This document shows, piece after piece, positions 16,971-20,000 of a stretch of DNA of 20,000 nucleotides. The notes below the pieces were generated by a model. That model ran no database searches, was not told the DNA's origin, and worked only from the letters and a program-made list of their open reading frames with translations. Within the stretch, counting starts at the first letter, position 1; every line of letters starts with the position of its first letter. Both the position numbers and the translations under genes were made by a program. Source of the DNA: an uncultured Nitrososphaerota archaeon (lineage in GTDB: Archaea; Asgardarchaeota; Njordarchaeia; Njordarchaeales; Panguiarchaeaceae); the NCBI GenBank assembly GCA_964636085.1, contig CAZWPQ010000034.1, positions 1,991 through 21,990 on the forward strand, in the 5' to 3' direction.

Positions 16971-17078
16971 CTAAACCACCATGAAGCATACTCATTAAAC
17001 GTTAGATAATAAAAAAATATTAAAATTTTTTGATACTATAGAAATGGCAAAAAATGAGGTATCATGTAAAATTATACT

Positions 17079-17151
17079 GGGCCGGTGGCCTAGTGGCTAT
17101 GGCGTCCCGCTTACGACGGGGAGGTCGGCGGTTCAAATCCGCCCCGGCCCA
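17079..17151 (+). tRNA. tRNA-Val(UAC)
   Basis: Acceptor GGGCCGG/CCGGCCC plus A73, anticodon stem TCCCG/CGGGG with loop CTTACGA (anticodon 17112-17114), T arm GGCGG-TTCAAAT-CCGCC. Confidence 0.95.
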
Positions 17152-17175
17152 CTTTTGCCTAGGTGTACAATACTT

Positions 17176-17249
17176 GCGCCGGTGGTCTAGAGGTAGGATG
17201 CCAGCCTCCCAAGCTGGTGACGCGGGTTCGAATCCCGCCCGGCGCACCA
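17176..17249 (+). tRNA. tRNA-Gly(CCC), 3' CCA encoded
   Basis: Acceptor GCGCCGG/CCGGCGC plus A73 at 17246, CCA at 17247-17249, anticodon stem CCAGC/GCTGG with loop CTCCCAA (anticodon 17208-17210), T arm GCGGG-TTCGAAT-CCCGC. Confidence 0.95.
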
Positions 17250-17296
17250 AAAACATATAGAAGTTCATTGGTTCATAATTTCCTATTGGCAAAATC

Positions 17297-17304
17297 TTTT
17301 TATA
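17297..17304 (+). promoter_or_regulatory. Possible TATA box for the permuted 5S rRNA gene
   Basis: TTTTTATA preceded by an A-rich BRE-like AAAATC, about 37 nt upstream of the terminal stem; implied start near 17327-17332. Confidence 0.35.
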
Positions 17305-17340
17305 GGCATTAGGATATAGTATTATTTTGGACATAGCAAT

Positions 17341-17495
17341 GGCACGGGGGCCGAAAGCTAAGCCGCGCCACGCCGATCCGAGTAGTCTGGTGGGAGACCC
17401 CAGGCGAAAGGACGGTGCTGTCCGCCCTTTGGGGTGGACGGCCATAGGGCGCGGGCTACGCCCGAACCCATTCCGAACTCGGAAACTCCCGTGCC
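17341..17495 (+). rRNA. 5S ribosomal RNA, circularly permuted gene order
   Basis: Normally-3' segment first (17358-17428: CUAAGCCGCGCCACGCCGAUCCGAGUAGUCUGGUGGGAGACCCCAGGCGAAAGGACGGUGCUGUCCGCCCU), then the normally-5' segment (17431-17484: GGGGUGGACGGCCAUAGGGCGCGGGCUACGCCCGAACCCAUUCCGAACUCGGAA). Helices I, II, III, IV and V can all be paired by hand. Outer stem GGCACGGGGG/CUCCCGUGCC joins the new ends. Confidence 0.9.
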
Positions 17496-17639
17496 ATTTT
17501 TATATCGTGAGGTTATGATTGTCTTTTTAGGGCGTCTCGCTTTTGTAAGAATATAACCCAGTGGAAATAGATGATATCTAATAGATGTTGATCTATCCTG
17601 TATGTTATCAACTTAGCCTTTTTTAATAAAATCTTCGTC

Positions 17640-18551
17640 TTAGCGAAGAGATTGTAGGTACGATTGGTTAGATTTTATGGATACAATTGCCTTCAGTATC
17701 TCTATTTTTAGTGTTCTTATATTGGGTCTTATTAGCGATCTTTCTTGATCAATTTTCTCTATTGCAGACATGATGCTCTTTGTGTCGGTTCTTAGCATTC
17801 TTTTAATTTTTTTTAGGATTTGAGCTCCATTCTTTTCGTTGGTAGGTAATTTAATTTTTAATCCATCTCTTAATTGCATAATTAGGCCTCGAAATAGGAG
17901 AGATTTGCATGATTTTATACTCGCTATATCGCTCCTATAATAAAAGATAAAGTTGGCACTATTTTTATGACGGATAAAGAGCCGTATTGTTGTGACTATT
18001 ATCTCGAATTTTGGTGTCTTGATTATTCCAAGTATGAATTCGCCGTTCTCAAGTGCATCAAGGATTCCACAAGAAGATACATAATTATAATTTTTTCTAA
18101 GTTCTAGAATCCTTCGCTTTATGCTTTCTATTCGCTTTTCAACATTGTTTAGGAGAAGTATTGTTCTATCATTGGGGGCCTTATCAATGAGAATAGTTCC
18201 TCTTTGGTCTTCTGAATGGGCAATTTGATGGTTGTCGCAATAGCTTAGTCTAGCTATTACAAATGCATTGGCAATATTTTCATAGACATTAATTATAATC
18301 TCATATAGCCTAGATAGTAATTCATCTAATTTCCAGTAGATGGCCAGATGATTGCTTCTAAAGAATTTTAAATTGTAGTATATTGAGTCCATTTCTGATA
18401 TAAGATATTCCATGTAGAAGACTGTATCTATAGTGCTTCTATAAATGTCGGCTAAAACCATGTCTCTGCGCCTTGGCCATTTTTTATACTGTCGGTACTT
18501 TTTATTACATGGAGAGAATATAAAGGTACAAATTACTATGATGTTATCCAC
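17640..18551 (-). CDS. Hypothetical protein, likely true start at the internal Met (about 18461)
   Basis: 303-aa ORF, helical and basic C-terminus; the first 30 residues look like non-coding extension upstream of MVLADIYRSTIDTVFYMEYLISEMDSIYYNLKF. Confidence 0.5.
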   Translation of the reverse strand: MDNIIVICTFIFSPCNKKYRQYKKWPRRRDMVLADIYRSTIDTVFYMEYLISEMDSIYYNLKFFRSNHLAIYWKLDELLSRLYEIIINVYENIANAFVIARLSYCDNHQIAHSEDQRGTILIDKAPNDRTILLLNNVEKRIESIKRRILELRKNYNYVSSCGILDALENGEFILGIIKTPKFEIIVTTIRLFIRHKNSANFIFYYRSDIASIKSCKSLLFRGLIMQLRDGLKIKLPTNEKNGAQILKKIKRMLRTDTKSIMSAIEKIDQERSLIRPNIRTLKIEILKAIVSIKSNQSYLQSLR

Positions 18552-18662
18552 ATATACATATTAGTAGTTCTGTGTGGTTTTTTCTGGCATTTAAAATTTT
18601 TATGTTTCCTTAAATACTACTATAAAACGAATAGTATAGGAAAAATAAAAAGTGATCTGGTT

Positions 18663-19451
18663 ATGAGTCAAAAAAACGAAAAAACGAAGATTGAGTCAAC
18701 ATCTAAAGGAGATGAATATAGTCTGATGGTATATGAAAAACCACCTCTGATTCGTCTATGGTCACATAGAATTAGAAAGTTCCTTTACAAGCTTATTAGG
18801 TATATTGATGAGACGCTAGTAATTCCCGATGATATCCAACATGATGTAGTGAAGACAACAATAGATTGCGTTCTCTACATAATGGATGCTAAGAGTAAAC
18901 TAAGAGTTCGTTTATATGATTTATCCTTAGCCTGTTTTTGGCTTAAACTCCAAGAATATGGAATAACAGAGATTTCATTACTCAAATTGATAAAGGTAGC
19001 AAGGAAAACATTGAATCACAGAATAACTCATGGAAAAGTGCTTAGAGTGGTATCGTATCTTAGGGAGAATGCGTTCAAATCAAATGACTCATTAGGTGAG
19101 ATAAAAAGAAATATCGTGATGATTTTAGAGAGAATGTTCAGTGATAAAAAATTTATCAAAAAAAAGTTTGGTGTTAGTTCCTCAATTTCCTACAACATAA
19201 TAGACCTGAAGCTAAAAATAATTGACAGCCTCTCAGAATGTCTATCGAAGATACCCGCCGATTATCTCATAGGGCCACCAAGAAAAGTGTTGGCCGCCGC
19301 ATTACTATATGCGTTTCTCCGAAAGTATCGTGAGAAGGGAGGACCCAAAATCTCGGCCAGTGATATCGAACGATATTCAGGTGTATGCAAATTTACCATC
19401 CTTAGGAAATACAAGAGACTCCAAAGGTATGCGGACTTACATATATTTTGA
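18663..19451 (+). CDS. Divergent TFIIB-like / cyclin-fold protein lacking a zinc ribbon
   Basis: Two repeat-like regions: VRLYDLSLACFWLKLQEYGITEISLLKLIKVA and LIGPPRKVLAAALLYAFLRKYREKGGPKISASDIERYSGVCKFTILRKYKRL. The latter matches the TFB cyclin-repeat pattern 'P..laAAalY.a.......t..eia..agv...ti...yk.l'. Confidence 0.5.
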   Translation: MSQKNEKTKIESTSKGDEYSLMVYEKPPLIRLWSHRIRKFLYKLIRYIDETLVIPDDIQHDVVKTTIDCVLYIMDAKSKLRVRLYDLSLACFWLKLQEYGITEISLLKLIKVARKTLNHRITHGKVLRVVSYLRENAFKSNDSLGEIKRNIVMILERMFSDKKFIKKKFGVSSSISYNIIDLKLKIIDSLSECLSKIPADYLIGPPRKVLAAALLYAFLRKYREKGGPKISASDIERYSGVCKFTILRKYKRLQRYADLHIF

Positions 19452-20000
19452 TGATAATGATCAATTCTTCAGTATCATCTTTATGTCTTCACACACATAG
19501 AGTGACCGTTATGAGGAAATCATATGTGTATTCTTTCAAACCATTCGTATATGAGGTACATCGAGGGGTATATAAATATAAGGTTGATGAAAACTTTAAG
19601 GACGCTATTAATGCATTATTTCCTCAAGTTGTTAAATCTTTATCAAAGTATGAGAACAGCCGAATATTGAGGTTCAGCATATTATTAAAAGAAGCGACGG
19701 AGATTATAGAAGGGAGTGTTGTTCTTAAGAGATTATTAAACCCTATAGTTACAAAGTTTACGCATGATGTGTACGAGCTTATATCTATGTTTCTCCTGTT
19801 TAAGTTATTCAGATTGGAGAAGATATTTCCATTAATGTGTGATGGAATGGTAAATGAAATTTATATAGACGGTCCAGGAAAAAAGGTATATATAGATCAT
19901 GCTCTTTTTGGAAGACTTGAAACTAATATAGAAGTAACAACTAGGGATATAGAATCATTAATTTTTTTCATTAAAATCTACGGGGATTCATTACTATTTG
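19451..20000 (+). CDS. N-terminal part of a VirB11/GspE/ArlI-type secretion ATPase (right edge truncated)
   Basis: Open reading frame to the window end, start candidates 19451, 19457, 19502 or 19511. Contains MCDGMVNEIYIDGPGKKVYIDHALFGRLETNIEVTTRDIESLIFFIKIYGDSLL, the 'ENI.IdGpG.pvyv.H..yG.l.TNi' region that precedes the ATPase core. Not listed in the ORF track because it is open at the edge. Confidence 0.75.
   Translation, partial: MIMINSSVSSLCLHTHRVTVMRKSYVYSFKPFVYEVHRGVYKYKVDENFKDAINALFPQVVKSLSKYENSRILRFSILLKEATEIIEGSVVLKRLLNPIVTKFTHDVYELISMFLLFKLFRLEKIFPLMCDGMVNEIYIDGPGKKVYIDHALFGRLETNIEVTTRDIESLIFFIKIYGDSLLF

Noticed and set aside
17341-17495. Alternative explanation of the 5S locus as two adjacent truncated 5S fragments or a pseudogene
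   Set aside because: Together the parts contain one and only one copy of each 5S helix, both ends are joined by a near-perfect stem, the fusion point is a tidy 4-nt hairpin cap, and conserved nucleotides (CCGAAC, GUAG..GAAAG, bulged A) are intact. Decay would not preserve this.
17054-17518. ORFs 17054-17260 (+), 17062-17445 (-) and 17327-17518 (+)
   Set aside because: They run across tRNA-Val, tRNA-Gly and the 5S rRNA. The open frames come from GC-rich RNA genes lacking stops, and their translations are Arg/Pro-rich with no family match.
1-20000. CRISPR arrays, transposons, toxin-antitoxin or restriction systems
   Set aside because: No regularly spaced direct repeats, no transposase or IS end structure, and no recognisable defence-gene motifs were seen; the content is mostly core informational genes.

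Overview
AT-rich archaeal chromosome segment, probably from a thermophile, with short GC-rich islands at its structured RNA genes. It contains a 5'-truncated-window Hel308/Ski2-type helicase (-), then a tightly packed + strand block: an SMC ATPase with SMC5/6-like motifs, a possible kleisin-position protein, a tandem winged-helix Kite/Nse3 (MAGE)-like protein, a DNA primase large subunit whose C-terminal half reads like eukaryotic PRIM2, a UBA5-like E1 enzyme and a coiled-coil protein. Further on are a small membrane protein, a divergent elongation factor 2, tRNA-Ser(GCU) with an intron, a C/D box sRNA, tRNA-Lys(CUU), CysS, an MglA-like GTPase plus roadblock-like partner, a KH-domain Pno1/Krr1-type protein, ribosomal protein S30e, tRNA-Val(UAC), tRNA-Gly(CCC), a TFIIB-like cyclin-fold protein and the N-terminus of a VirB11/GspE-type secretion ATPase. 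The most striking observation is at 17341-17495: a complete 5S rRNA encoded in circularly permuted order. The normally 3' part comes first, the natural 5'/3' ends are joined by a short loop capping helix I, and new ends open in loop B and are closed by a perfect GC-rich stem. Second is the putative operon at 2265-9174 that groups several eukaryote-like functions. Third is aEF-2, which has non-canonical residues in switch I, the G3 region and the diphthamide loop. All calls are from reading the sequence only; no database or folding search was run.
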